DNA from: a virus
Lineage: Duplodnaviria; Caudoviricetes
IMG/VR virus record: IMGVR_UViG_3300031555_001562
Direction: 5' to 3' (one strand)
DNA length: 64,000 nt
Shown here: positions 8,386 to 18,961 of the stretch, piece by piece
How the letters are laid out: every line of letters starts with the position of its first letter
How positions within the stretch are numbered: position 1 is the first letter of the stretch
Translations under genes and position numbers: made by a program
Notes under the pieces: model-generated
What the model was told of the DNA's origin: nothing
Seen by the model: only the letters and a program-made list of their open reading frames with translations
Databases searched by the model: none

Positions 8386-9149
8386 GTTTCAGCGGAATAA
8401 GGGAAAGATGGCATAAGCTCAAGCTTGAACTTGTTCTTCTCATGCATGCGGTCAATCTTTTCTTTTACAACTTCATCCTCGCATACGCCAGTACGAATGT
8501 ATTTATTCAGAACGGCATATGTAAAGCCAAAATTGTCTTCGTCAGTCTTACCACACAGACCATCAGCAGGAACCTTGTAGGCCAGATCATAAGGAAGACC
8601 ACATTCCACACCGATTGCCATAACCTCATCTGTGGTCAAATTTGACAGAGGGCTAAAATCACCGACACTATCACCATAACGAGTGGAATAGCCGATCCAA
8701 TCTTCTGACAGATTGCAAGTGTTGGCAACTCGTCCATTGCATGACTGAGATACAGCATAGAGCGTAACCATACGCAGACGTGCAGGAAGATTGATTCTGG
8801 TCTGCTCAGAAATATCGAACTTCATGTTCTGCGGATTCTTGCGATTATCGCAGATCCCACGATAAATACCATGTTCTGCATCATGGATATTGATCCACAC
8901 TCGCTTGATTCCAAGATGATCCACTACCGCAAGAGAATCATCGATATCTGCTTGTTCACCGTTGGGCATCAGAACTCCGATAACACGATCTTTACCCAGT
9001 GCTTCCACACACAGAGCAGCCACAACAGAGCTGTCCTTGCCACCGGAGATGCCGACGATAGCATTACATCCGTTACCGTTTTTCTCGAACCACTCACGGA
9101 TCCACTCAACGCACGCTTCCTTTACTTTCTTCACATCGAACTTGTACAT
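8382..9149 (-). CDS. nadE: NH3-dependent NAD+ synthetase
   Basis: GISGGKDS, ARLRM, GYSTRYGD and PADGL motifs; no glutaminase domain. Confidence 0.93.
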   Translation of the reverse strand: MYKFDVKKVKEACVEWIREWFEKNGNGCNAIVGISGGKDSSVVAALCVEALGKDRVIGVLMPNGEQADIDDSLAVVDHLGIKRVWINIHDAEHGIYRGICDNRKNPQNMKFDISEQTRINLPARLRMVTLYAVSQSCNGRVANTCNLSEDWIGYSTRYGDSVGDFSPLSNLTTDEVMAIGVECGLPYDLAYKVPADGLCGKTDEDNFGFTYAVLNKYIRTGVCEDEVVKEKIDRMHEKNKFKLELMPSFPYSAET

Positions 9150-9556
9150 AATTCAGATCTCACTCTCATTAGAATTCTGCCGAGTCTATTTTCACCAACT
9201 CCATGCACAGCGCCCCAAATACGGTCTCCCCAGGTATTACCCTCGACAAGAATCTCATCGCCTGTTGCCAGAAGCTTTGCTCGAAGATCAGGGTTTTGCT
9301 CGAACTTCGCCTTGCAAATTTCGTACATAACCTGGTCTTTGATCTGCTCCCAGTCTTCACGCAGCTGAACTTGTCTACCGAGTTTCTTTGCGTCAGATGG
9401 ATTCAGCTGGTGGAATTTCATGCGAATGAACTTATTGGTGGTCTTCTGTGCCTGAAATGCTGCTTCGTTATTTCTATAGGTGATGCCACCGTAAGTGACA
9501 TCACTCTCATAGAAATTACTCAGAAAGTAGAATTCGCCTTTGAACTCTCCAATCAT
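9131..9556 (-). CDS. NADAR family protein
   Basis: FLSNFY, EAAFQAQK, KFEQN, LVEGN, WG and NRLG motifs. Confidence 0.92.
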   Translation of the reverse strand: MIGEFKGEFYFLSNFYESDVTYGGITYRNNEAAFQAQKTTNKFIRMKFHQLNPSDAKKLGRQVQLREDWEQIKDQVMYEICKAKFEQNPDLRAKLLATGDEILVEGNTWGDRIWGAVHGVGENRLGRILMRVRSELCTSSM

Positions 9557-11082
9557 CAGAATTTGCCTCCATTCAGGTTTGCACGGACTTCCTGCAAGGT
9601 GTATTCCTTTACCATCTTGCCGTCCTTGAAAACAGTCTTCAGCTGGTTATCAGGATCATTGACTGCCTGTTCCCAGGTATAACCGTCCTCAAATACGTAT
9701 TCGCCATTGTTATCCAGATGGACAACACAGCATCCCTTCTGGGACTTCTTGAAGCCACCATCCTTGGGATTTTTGAAAATCGGATGGGGATCGCCGTTGA
9801 TCTCGCAGTAGGTAGCCTTGATGCAGAAGCTGAAGGTATCTCTGGTAAAAGGCTTCAACAGCTTGACCTTTCCAGTAACTTTGGTTCCGTCTTCCAAGGT
9901 AACAGTAACGTCATCAACTTCCTCAATGCACTGCATGGAGAAAGAACCAACACCCAGAGCAACATTGGAACATGCAAAGCCATTCTCCATCAGAATCTGA
10001 TAGATCTCTTCGCAACGCTGAACGGTGATGCTATCACCATAGATTGCCTTAACATGGGGATCCAACACCTTGTAGCCCTTGGAATTGATAGTGCCGCCAA
10101 ACTGATCCCAAAGCTTGAAAACAGTCTTAGTAACAACTTCAACACAATCACCGGAGTCGCCACGCATGAGCATACAACCGTTATGGTTCATGATTTCTTC
10201 CTTGGTCTGGGGCAGAACATTGTCAATAATGTTCCAATAGTCATAGGAATCCAGAACGGCAGAGAAACTTGTGTTGGGATAGATTTCGGTCAACAGACGC
10301 TTCAGAAGCGTAACCTCATCGCCGTCAACCGCATAGTTGGAACACATGACGGAATGTTCGGTACTGGGGCTACCAAATGCAACCGGCTCTTTGGTGCAGT
10401 CACAGTTATACATTTCCTCCAGATAGGGAATTGTTGGTACGGTTGCGGTATTCAGGAAAGACAGACACCATGCAGCGCCAGCCTTAGTTGCAGAATCCAG
10501 GCATTCCTCGCCACGGAAGTCAAATGCGCCCAAAGCTCTTGCACGAGGCACATTATCATCACAGGTCAGATCATAATACTTGTTTACGATCTGGCGGTAA
10601 GTATGGCCTACGGTTGCAACGATCATGGGATGCCAAATTTCAGCAGACAGTAGACTCTCAAGAGCCTGGGGAAGCCACGCAAAGTCCGGATGGGTATTGG
10701 TAATACCGAACATGGGAACATGCATGGGAACCATAGTGCCTTCAGGAAGTGCAACGATTTCGATGGGCAGATATCCCAGCTTGTGCAGCTTAGAAATCTT
10801 TTCAATTCCATACACATTCTTGCCCAGAGCGGCATCCATGACTCTGGTATAGCTTTCGATAACTTCATCGTGGGACTTCTCGAAGAACTCGGTGTTGAAG
10901 TAGTCGATCAGATAGGTTTTACAAAATGCCTGGAGGATGAACATGACCATCTTATCCCAGCGGTTAACTCTGCCCATTCTGGGAGTTGCATAGGACATGG
11001 ATTTAGTCATATTCTTTGGGAGCATTTCTGCATGAACGCCCTTGTAAAAGTCGATCAGCAGATTGGGATTAGTTCGCATCAT
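9556..11082 (-). CDS. NAMPT-fold nicotinamide/nicotinate phosphoribosyl (or ADP-ribosyl) transferase
   Basis: DFYK..H, FDFRG, STEHSVM, VLDSYD, RGDSGD, IYGDSIT, TRDT and KKSQKG motifs. Confidence 0.9.
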   Translation of the reverse strand: MMRTNPNLLIDFYKGVHAEMLPKNMTKSMSYATPRMGRVNRWDKMVMFILQAFCKTYLIDYFNTEFFEKSHDEVIESYTRVMDAALGKNVYGIEKISKLHKLGYLPIEIVALPEGTMVPMHVPMFGITNTHPDFAWLPQALESLLSAEIWHPMIVATVGHTYRQIVNKYYDLTCDDNVPRARALGAFDFRGEECLDSATKAGAAWCLSFLNTATVPTIPYLEEMYNCDCTKEPVAFGSPSTEHSVMCSNYAVDGDEVTLLKRLLTEIYPNTSFSAVLDSYDYWNIIDNVLPQTKEEIMNHNGCMLMRGDSGDCVEVVTKTVFKLWDQFGGTINSKGYKVLDPHVKAIYGDSITVQRCEEIYQILMENGFACSNVALGVGSFSMQCIEEVDDVTVTLEDGTKVTGKVKLLKPFTRDTFSFCIKATYCEINGDPHPIFKNPKDGGFKKSQKGCCVVHLDNNGEYVFEDGYTWEQAVNDPDNQLKTVFKDGKMVKEYTLQEVRANLNGGKF

Positions 11083-11917
11083 AGTTCATTACCTCGATCT
11101 TTTCGTGTTCTTTGGTGAAAATGCTGTTTGTGGTAAAAACACGGTCAACGAGTCCACTGGTCAGCAGCTCGCCGTCCAGAATTGTGTTCTCGCAGTGAGA
11201 AACATACAGATAGATTTCTTTTGCGCCCAGTTCCTTCAGCTTCTTTGCGCTATGGTAGAACGTACCGCCACGGCTGCAAATGTCATCGACGATCAGAATG
11301 CGCTTTCCGGCAATCATATCAGTCATACCGGACACATCCAGACCATTGATCTTTCCAGTAGACCAGTCACGCTTTTTGATGCCGAAAGCATACGGAATAT
11401 TAAACATGCTGGAATATCTCTTCATTGCGCCCTCATCGGGGTAGAACATCATGAGATCATTTTCGCCGGATGCAGACTTCAGCTTGTCGATTACGTTTTC
11501 AACCAACTTCTTCGGAGTGCGGATCTTGATTCTGTCAATGAGTGCTTCACTCACAGAAGAATGGGGATCCAGAACTTCAACGGAAGTAAAATCCAGCCAG
11601 TTAATGACTTCCGCAAAGCTCTTCAGAGTGAACACATCCTCTTCACTCTTAACTCTGTCCTGCCGTGCATTAGGAATGTACGGCATCTTCAGGCAGATAT
11701 TTGTGATTCCATTTCTTCTCAGATGTTTCGTGACATGGATCAGCGCCACCAGCTCTGCGTCATTCTCGTACAGCCATGTGATAGTAGCACGAGAAATATT
11801 AGTGGGGAAAGCCAGAGGCCAGAAACCATATGCCATTTCCGGACGCATCTTAATCAGCATAGTACCATCGGGGAACTTGCCAATATTTACTTCACGATCA
11901 TTTCCGAAAAGCAACAT
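11069..11917 (-). CDS. Ribose-phosphate pyrophosphokinase-like protein (Prs/Adps-like)
   Basis: FPDG, MPYIPNARQDR, DPHS, PDEGA and IVDDICSRGGTF motifs. Confidence 0.9.
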   Translation of the reverse strand: MLLFGNDREVNIGKFPDGTMLIKMRPEMAYGFWPLAFPTNISRATITWLYENDAELVALIHVTKHLRRNGITNICLKMPYIPNARQDRVKSEEDVFTLKSFAEVINWLDFTSVEVLDPHSSVSEALIDRIKIRTPKKLVENVIDKLKSASGENDLMMFYPDEGAMKRYSSMFNIPYAFGIKKRDWSTGKINGLDVSGMTDMIAGKRILIVDDICSRGGTFYHSAKKLKELGAKEIYLYVSHCENTILDGELLTSGLVDRVFTTNSIFTKEHEKIEVMNYDAN

Positions 11918-11921
11918 TGCA

Positions 11922-12449
11922 TTAACCTCCGATGATGTCGATCTGGCACATGTTCATGGTATGCAGAGCTGCCTGATGGGTCTGTGGAGTAACACCAGCG
12001 CAGCAGGATGCATCCACGGCAATGTCGGTCTCAGGGTAGTTTGCCTTCAGAAGCATTGCATTGGATACAACGCAGATATCGGTGCAAAGACCGACCAGCT
12101 CGATGTACTCATAGCCGAGGCCACGAATGATCTCAGGAAGTGCAGTGCTGCCGAAAGTCAGCTTGTTCAGAGAAGCAACATGGTTGGGATGTTTCACCAG
12201 GGCGGCAAACACGTCACCATTGATCTTATGACCGTCAGTATTCTCAATGCAGTGAGAAACAGGCAGATTCTTGCCTTCTCTGGTTTCCATATAGTTGTTG
12301 AAGTGGGTATCCTGAGTAGTGATGATGTCACCATCCCAGTTGTTAATCTTTGCGATAACATTGGGAACGATTGCAACTGCCTCAGCAGTACCCAGGGAGC
12401 CGTCGATGAAGTCGTTCTGCATATCGACTACGACCAAAAGTTTCTTCAT
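11922..12449 (-). CDS. pncA: Nicotinamidase (isochorismatase family)
   Basis: VVDMQNDF, QDTH, HC, K and GLCTDICV motifs. Confidence 0.88.
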   Translation of the reverse strand: MKKLLVVVDMQNDFIDGSLGTAEAVAIVPNVIAKINNWDGDIITTQDTHFNNYMETREGKNLPVSHCIENTDGHKINGDVFAALVKHPNHVASLNKLTFGSTALPEIIRGLGYEYIELVGLCTDICVVSNAMLLKANYPETDIAVDASCCAGVTPQTHQAALHTMNMCQIDIIGG

Positions 12450-12451
12450 AA

Positions 12452-13075
12452 TTATTCTCCTTCACTGTTATTATCAAAGCTGTTAATCAGCTGAGTGACA
12501 TATTCAATGTGGTTCTTTGCTCTTGTTGTTTCTGCTTCCCATTCTCCTTTTGCAGTAAGAACTCTCTTTTCGCAGAATTTGATCTGTCGATCAATGTACG
12601 CACGCACGGCCTCTTCGCTCACATCAAGAACCGCAATTGATTCTCGTTTGTACATATCGATTATCTCAGCCGGGATCATAGAAATTCTGATCTGCTTGAG
12701 TGCAAATTCTTTCAGTCCCTTATGCTCATCGGTGGGCGGAACCCAGGCAATTACCTTGTCTCTCATTGCTGAAAGACGGCGATTGGTTTCTTCATACTCT
12801 CCGAGTATCCTCAGTGCATCATCGACATTCTTCTTGTGGTCTGCTTCCATTTCAGCACGAGCTTCCTCAATAGTCAGCTTCTGTGCAATGTCAAGATTTG
12901 TGACCGCCTTTTCATACTTATCCAGAAAAGAATCGGAAAAGTCCTGGCAGTCAGCACCGCCTACGCAGATGACGAGAAAATCTTTCAGCGAGGTTACTTC
13001 TCCGGATTCAACTCCTGATGTATAAGAAGTCATACTCAACATCTCCTTCGTCTTGAATTTTATGTAATCAATCAA
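12452..13075 (-). CDS. Hypothetical helical protein
   Basis: 207-aa ORF in operon. Confidence 0.7.
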   Translation of the reverse strand: MIDYIKFKTKEMLSMTSYTSGVESGEVTSLKDFLVICVGGADCQDFSDSFLDKYEKAVTNLDIAQKLTIEEARAEMEADHKKNVDDALRILGEYEETNRRLSAMRDKVIAWVPPTDEHKGLKEFALKQIRISMIPAEIIDMYKRESIAVLDVSEEAVRAYIDRQIKFCEKRVLTAKGEWEAETTRAKNHIEYVTQLINSFDNNSEGE

Positions 13076-13718
13076 AAAGTTGCGTCAGAACTCTTGGGGC
13101 ATACTTTCTGTTACCCAGTTCTGCAATCGCATTTTTGATATCAATCATCATATCAGATGTGATTTTGCACTCTCCTAGCTGATTGATTACAGATAATTCA
13201 TCTTTGATCTTTCTGCGCTTTCTCAGCCGGTTCTGTAGCATAGTGAATGCAAGCCATCCCTGATATGCATTGAACTTACCGAACTCAATGTAGTGGTTTA
13301 TATCTGAGATTTCCTTATCGACCTCACTCAATAGACCAACAAGTTCTTCCTTACGTTTTTCGGCATCCATGACAAACTCAGTCAGTGCTTCAGCACCAGA
13401 CACCCATTTTTCCGTCTGACTCTCCACTGGTTTTTCACTTGCAATTGTCTTCACAACCTGATCTTTGTTGCTTGTACTATTTACTTCTCTGACAGTTGGC
13501 CTAATGGGAGCCGTTTCTTCTTCGATATCCACAACTTTGTATTTGCTGCGGATATTCTTGCCGATTGCGTTCTTCAACACATTTGCGGCTTTACATCTCT
13601 GTTCAAACCGCTCTGCAAAAGAAGCGTTCCGGACAGGAACATATTTGCCGGAGAATTCATCCTTGCGTATGTATGATCCGTGTCCATCGGTAATCACGTA
13701 GAATATCAACTCGACCAC
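13068..13718 (-). CDS. Hypothetical protein, paralog of 20730-21359
   Basis: Shared D..I.H..EF...RR..KD.L...Y.PRVLT pattern. Confidence 0.75.
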   Translation of the reverse strand: MVELIFYVITDGHGSYIRKDEFSGKYVPVRNASFAERFEQRCKAANVLKNAIGKNIRSKYKVVDIEEETAPIRPTVREVNSTSNKDQVVKTIASEKPVESQTEKWVSGAEALTEFVMDAEKRKEELVGLLSEVDKEISDINHYIEFGKFNAYQGWLAFTMLQNRLRKRRKIKDELSVINQLGECKITSDMMIDIKNAIAELGNRKYAPRVLTQLFD

Positions 13719-13793
13719 TCCTTTTGTATTCTACTTTGTTGGGTATTCTTTTACCGTTTAAGCATAGGCCGCTTTCGCAGCCTATACTATCAA

Positions 13794-14777
13794 TCAAATA
13801 AACTGAACCAAGTTCCGTTTTAGGTATGTCATATTTTCGATGACCAGACCGTAGTCATTCATGACCGCAGCCAGATCGCTGACATCCTTGGAAACTCTGA
13901 CGGAAGTGATAATCTCCTTTGTACGCTCTTCGCCGTAACGTTTTACGAGTGTATCATAGAAGCCCAGCAAGTACAACTTCCGGTATCCGATATCAACTCC
14001 GAACTCTTTAGACACTTTGGTAAACAAAGTTGTATTGATCTTTCTGCCAAGATAGGTGAGATCCTTGTTCTGGAACTCATCAGATTCAGCCGGTCTGACA
14101 ACAAACTTGAAGTATCCGTTATGCCAAGTCATCATGTAGAAGTTGCCACGCATACCTTCCATCTCCTGCATATCGTGGACAGAAGTCAGCAACTCAAAGC
14201 ATCGATCAGTCAGCTTAATGGTTCTTCCGGGAAGACGCACTTCCTTTTTGCGGAAATTGATCTGATCTTCTTTCAAGTTAGCAATCTCTTGCGCTTCAGC
14301 AAAGCCATCATAGAACAGTCTGATAATCAGCTCATAGTAATCGGCATGCTCACGATCATACAAACCGTGAAGCTTTTCAATGATTTCCTCAAGCTGCTTA
14401 TAAGTAAACCGATCCTTGTTGTCTGCCAGCAATGCATCTGCCTGGATACCTTTGAACTTCGCACTATGGAATGGGTTCTTAATGACTTCAAAGTTGTCAA
14501 TATAGAACTGGAAGATAAGTCTGAAGTTGGAAACATACTTCTTGAATGTGCCACTACCAACCTTGAGTCCTTCACGTACTGCGGACTTCTTGTTGTTGAA
14601 CGTGCAAATCATTGCAAACAATTCCTCTTCGTTCATTTCGACGAGCTGCTTGCCAATCTTGATTTCATATGCATACACTTCGGGGCGATCAACCTGGGGT
14701 CTCGTTTTGCGAACAGTTTCAGGATCCTTGCCCTCAAAAAACTTATCGAATAATTCCTGTGTTGAGATAACAGCCAT
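13794..14777 (-). CDS. Degenerate tyrosine-recombinase-fold protein, MrpR-like repressor candidate
   Basis: Integrase-like IRLFYDG...IANLKEDQI segment without recognisable catalytic R/HxxR/Y residues; own promoter TTGACA-N17-TAAAAT; SPbeta-like context. Confidence 0.6.
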   Translation of the reverse strand: MAVISTQELFDKFFEGKDPETVRKTRPQVDRPEVYAYEIKIGKQLVEMNEEELFAMICTFNNKKSAVREGLKVGSGTFKKYVSNFRLIFQFYIDNFEVIKNPFHSAKFKGIQADALLADNKDRFTYKQLEEIIEKLHGLYDREHADYYELIIRLFYDGFAEAQEIANLKEDQINFRKKEVRLPGRTIKLTDRCFELLTSVHDMQEMEGMRGNFYMMTWHNGYFKFVVRPAESDEFQNKDLTYLGRKINTTLFTKVSKEFGVDIGYRKLYLLGFYDTLVKRYGEERTKEIITSVRVSKDVSDLAAVMNDYGLVIENMTYLKRNLVQFI

Positions 14778-14844
14778 AACAATCCCTCCGTTCATCTCAT
14801 TTTACCAACGTTTTACGGTTTTGTCAAGAACATTATTGCGTATA

Positions 14845-15234
14845 TTAAACCGCAATAACAGGGAATTGAACCCTCATAGCCCTACTAATATCTCCAAGTA
14901 CATTCTTGTCAAGGATTTTCCCGATATACTTATCCAGACTAGAAAGCGCAACTGTCGTGGTCTGCTCCACCATCAAAGTGCTTGGCGCTTTCAGGCCGTA
15001 TCTCTGATAGTTCCAGAGTTCCACATGCACGGGAAGCTTGCGTTTATTCATCTTGGTGGTAATCGGAATGATATTGATAGTTGGACTATATGTATTGTTC
15101 TTATCGTTGGATACGATGAACACAGGTCTATAGCCGCTCTGGATGCTTCCTTCACTCTCGGAAAGATTGCACATCCAAATCTCACCGCATTTAGGGCGAG
15201 ACTTTTCGATTGTAGGATTGTTAGTGTTTAGCAT
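14845..15234 (-). CDS. MazF/PemK family endoribonuclease
   Basis: GEIW, GSIQSGYRPVFIVSND, IPITT and EQ motifs. Confidence 0.9.
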   Translation of the reverse strand: MLNTNNPTIEKSRPKCGEIWMCNLSESEGSIQSGYRPVFIVSNDKNNTYSPTINIIPITTKMNKRKLPVHVELWNYQRYGLKAPSTLMVEQTTTVALSSLDKYIGKILDKNVLGDISRAMRVQFPVIAV

Positions 15235-15536
15235 ATACTATCCCGTCCTCATAGATATAAAACGTATGTAATACGATTATTACCAGAACGGGCAGTATTC
15301 AAACTTTGTCGGATGGATTGATTGATTTATCTCTTTATTTGCTAGGTGGTCAGTTCTCCTAGCCACATATCCAAACCCTGTTTAATTGTTGTATCCGGGC
15401 AATAGAATAAATCATTGTCCTTCCATCCGGCCTTTTGCGCCGCAATGGTCATAATCTGCTGGAAACGCAGTTCGGGATGAACTTGGTGGATTGCCCGAAC
15501 ATTGCTGAAAATTGTCTCAAACATCATAAAACCTTC

Positions 15537-16487
15537 TTACTTCTTTAATTGATCGACCATTGCCATCAGCTGCGTAATTGCATCAACATGAGCCATCACG
15601 TCCACATTGTCCGCATTGGTTCTGCCAGCTTCATATGCAGCCTTGATGATATCTCTGAGATCATTGGCCTCAAGACTCAGGATAAAGCTATTGGACACAT
15701 CCTGATATTCTCTGTCACCAATGATATAGTCTTCGAAGAAGTCACCCATATCATCATAGTATTTATCGACCTTCTGCTTGGTTAAACCGATGTAGTGCTT
15801 GGTTGTTTTCACATCGGAATGGTTGAAGATAGTTTGCAGAATCTCCATGCTGTCATAATCGCCAGGGTGGAGCATTCTGTTCATCATGCCAAAAGTCTTT
15901 CTGGGGCTATGAGTTCCGACATTATATTCGATACCCAGATCAGCGGCAGCTTTCTTGACATTCTTGTAGTAACAACTCTCAGACATCACTCTGCCCTTGT
16001 AGTTACCGGAAAGCTGCATACAAATAGGAACGGAGTAGTTTTCCTTCGCAGGATCACATCCTGTTTCCTTGAGATACAGCTGGATCGCAGATCTGCATGC
16101 AGAATTAATCTTAGGATTTGCCAGCTTATCAGTCTTCTCTTCTGCGAATTCCAGAAGATTGACTCTGAGCTGCCCGGTGACGGGATTGAAGAAGTTCTCC
16201 CAAGTCAAACTCAGGGTATCTCCAACTCGTCTTGCCATGTTGCAACTCAGAACAAAGATCATGTAGCACAACCACTTCTCATTGTCACGGAAATAAGCAG
16301 TGATCTTCTTCATGTCTTCAATCTCAAGGTGGTAGACTTCAGACTTCTTGCCTTTCTGCTTGTTCTGACAGATCTTCTTAGGAGTACCATCCTTTTTCAG
16401 TTTCGGTTTGCTCTCAACGACTTGCAGCTTAATTGCCGGATCGGGATTACCAGCGCAATTGGCCTGAACCAGAGATAACACCGCCAT
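15537..16487 (-). CDS. Tyrosine recombinase with intact catalytic residues
   Basis: RVGD, EKT, HSPRKTF and NHS...HYIG; start moved to MAVLS because a TTGACA-N17-TATAAT promoter lies inside the longer ORF. Confidence 0.88.
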   Translation of the reverse strand: MAVLSLVQANCAGNPDPAIKLQVVESKPKLKKDGTPKKICQNKQKGKKSEVYHLEIEDMKKITAYFRDNEKWLCYMIFVLSCNMARRVGDTLSLTWENFFNPVTGQLRVNLLEFAEEKTDKLANPKINSACRSAIQLYLKETGCDPAKENYSVPICMQLSGNYKGRVMSESCYYKNVKKAAADLGIEYNVGTHSPRKTFGMMNRMLHPGDYDSMEILQTIFNHSDVKTTKHYIGLTKQKVDKYYDDMGDFFEDYIIGDREYQDVSNSFILSLEANDLRDIIKAAYEAGRTNADNVDVMAHVDAITQLMAMVDQLKK

Positions 16488-16562
16488 ACATTTCCCTCCA
16501 ATCTTTTGTGGTAAGTTGGTTACTACTTGGATTATACCATATCGTCCATTGTTTGTCAACAA

Positions 16563-18545
16563 TTATTTTGTTGGGTTTTCTTTGTTGTGATGAATTACTC
16601 TTGTATAAGAAGCTAACACAACTTCATCAAGGATCATTTCAGATCCACAATTGGGGCAGAATTTCCTTACCCCCGTACTGCCACAGAACGGGCATTCCAG
16701 ACCATCCAGATAACTCACAACGGGATCACCGTCTGAATCACAGTACGTTATGTAGTGCGGATTAGGTTTACCACGCTTCGGTGCTGCCGACTTCTTCCCG
16801 GCCTCGTAACCATTCTTGTACGCCTCTTCAGCAACGGTGTACTTATCCATAGATTAACCTCCAACGGTTTTACCGTTCCACTTCCAACAGTTCTTCTTGT
16901 TGGTGCATCCAGGACACGTCTCGTCGAACTCATACAAGCACTGATCGCAGCCGCTGCTATGGTTCAACACATACTGACCGAATGCGATCTCCATGTCTGC
17001 AAGTTTGGCCTTTAGTGCCTCGTTCTCTTCCCGAAGCCGTGTGATAATTGCTTCATCCATTGTTTTCCCTCCGATCAATTAGTAACTCATTTACTAATGG
17101 TATTATAGCAGATCACCATGTATTTGTCAACTACTTTGTTGCGTTTATTTTAGACAAATTTTAAGGGAGCTACGGAATCGGCAAGTTCACCGCCCGTAAC
17201 TCCCGAAAGTTTCGAAGGTTAGAAATCAATAAAACTGGGATTTGATTACTTCTTGATAGACCATCCAGTTTCCCATCGTCCGCCGACACGCTCCCGGATA
17301 CCGTCTCTTCTTGAGCAACCAAAGGAGTACCAGTCTTCAAACAGATAGCCGTTCTCATCGTACACGTTGCCGTCTTGCGCAGAGTAAATGTACTCGAACT
17401 CGTCGAATAGCGTATGAGTGATCTTCACGATTGGATTTGCCTTGATAAACTGGATCATCTCATCTCGGCTCATAGTCTTGTTTTCAGGCGGCAGCTTCTT
17501 CGTGGTACATGAAGCTTCTTGAGTAAACGTACAATAGCGGCAAGCTCTCTTGCAGAAGTTGGCCTCATTCAATTCTTTCTTGTAGATACATTCCATTTAT
17601 AAATATCCCTTCAGGTTCTCTTTTGCTCTGTCATTTGCCCAGTTCCAATTATTGAGCCTTCTTCCACATAACGGACAATGGAAGATTTCGATGCTGCCGG
17701 ATACACCCTTCTCCTTATCCTGGAATTCCAGATGCCATGTACCATAAGTTTCGTGAAGGGAAAACTGCTTATACTCTACAGACTTATGTGACACAACACT
17801 CATATCCAGACCATTATCGGACATGTGTTTGCATATACAATCCATCAGGCTACCTCATTCTATCACATTCAGGTCTTCATCAACCTTAAAGAGTCTCTTG
17901 CCGCAATCTGCGCATGTTGCATACTTTGAAGTGTTGCGGTAATTCAGGTAGGTGTGCAGATCTGTACCTTCAACATCACCCGTTTCAAGATCAACATAAT
18001 ATGTTCCGTATCCGCTGATGTATTGACGAATCTTTATGTATCCGCCACCGCACTTTGGACATTCCTTAATGGGAAAATTTTTATTCCTACCCATCGTTCA
18101 TTCCTCCACATTCTTTGCGCACTCAGGGCATAAGGTTTTGCCCTTTCTGCACTTCCACCCAGACCGATAGGCTGCTTTACTGAGCCACTGTTTATTGGTT
18201 GCCATGCCCATTCCGCCGTCCGACATCTGTCTTTCGTTTGCGTTAAAATCAGTACTCCAACTCTTTGCGCAACCATCACACGTAATGTCGAAGTAGGTAT
18301 CAATTCTGATCTTCATATTCCGGATTCTCCCACTCTTTGAAATCGTCACTTAGTACATTTGCCAAGTTCCTACAATCCAGACATTCAATTCCCTCATGAC
18401 CGTCAGCTCCACTCAAGGAATGATCATATGGTTTCTTATATGGTTTTCCATCTTTCCTGAGCTTATAGTGGATCTCTGTGACTTGTTCTTCCCACCATCC
18501 TATGTTCGTGCTGCCGCATTCCGGGCATCTGTATTTATGTCTCAT
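16563..18545 (-). CDS. Run of about seven small Cys/Zn-ribbon hypothetical ORFs
   Basis: 16563-16850, 16854-17078, 17246-17596, 17597-17845, 17855-18094, 18098-18349 and 18300-18545, each with CxxC pairs. Confidence 0.6.
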
Positions 18546-18574
18546 GTCGAAAAACTGCATCTCCTTAATCATAA
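18545..18574 (-). repeat. 30-bp element, copy 1, next to a TA-rich tract
   Basis: TTATGATTAAGGAGATGCAGTTTTTCGACA, identical to 39265-39294 in opposite orientation. Confidence 0.9.
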
Positions 18575-18751
18575 ATAACAAATATATAATATATATAAGA
18601 ATAATATACATATAAGATCCTTATATAATATATATTATATATTTGTACACAGCCGTTACTTGCGTAACGATCTGTGTATTAACCAGAAGAGAACAGTATC
18701 ATATTTTCTGTCTGGTTTTTGTGACGAGTACTTGACGTATGACAAGTACGA

Positions 18752-18961
18752 TTACCGGAACACTTCATGCAGCTTATAGCCGGTTCCGATCATCTGGTTC
18801 TTGTCATCAAAATCTGCTTCGATACAGGCTAACAGACCGCTTTCCCTGGAATACTGCTTTTTGAAAGCTTCTCCCATCTTCATTGCTTCTTCCTTGGTAT
18901 CCTTGACGCACAGAATGGTAACGTCATCACCCTTGGTAAGCTTGATTGCAAACTTCTTCAT
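18752..18961 (-). CDS. Hypothetical protein
   Basis: 69-aa ORF overlapping the upstream gene. Confidence 0.6.
   Translation of the reverse strand: MKKFAIKLTKGDDVTILCVKDTKEEAMKMGEAFKKQYSRESGLLACIEADFDDKNQMIGTGYKLHEVFR

Noticed and set aside
9718-12494. Long plus-strand ORFs (also 19316-20764, 27421-28299, 30689-31927, 34214-35284)
   Set aside because: Antisense shadows of well-supported minus-strand genes, with no recognisable motifs.
15537-16487. Recombinase as the prophage integrase with a nearby att site
   Set aside because: No host-phage junction or att core is visible; phage genes continue on both sides.
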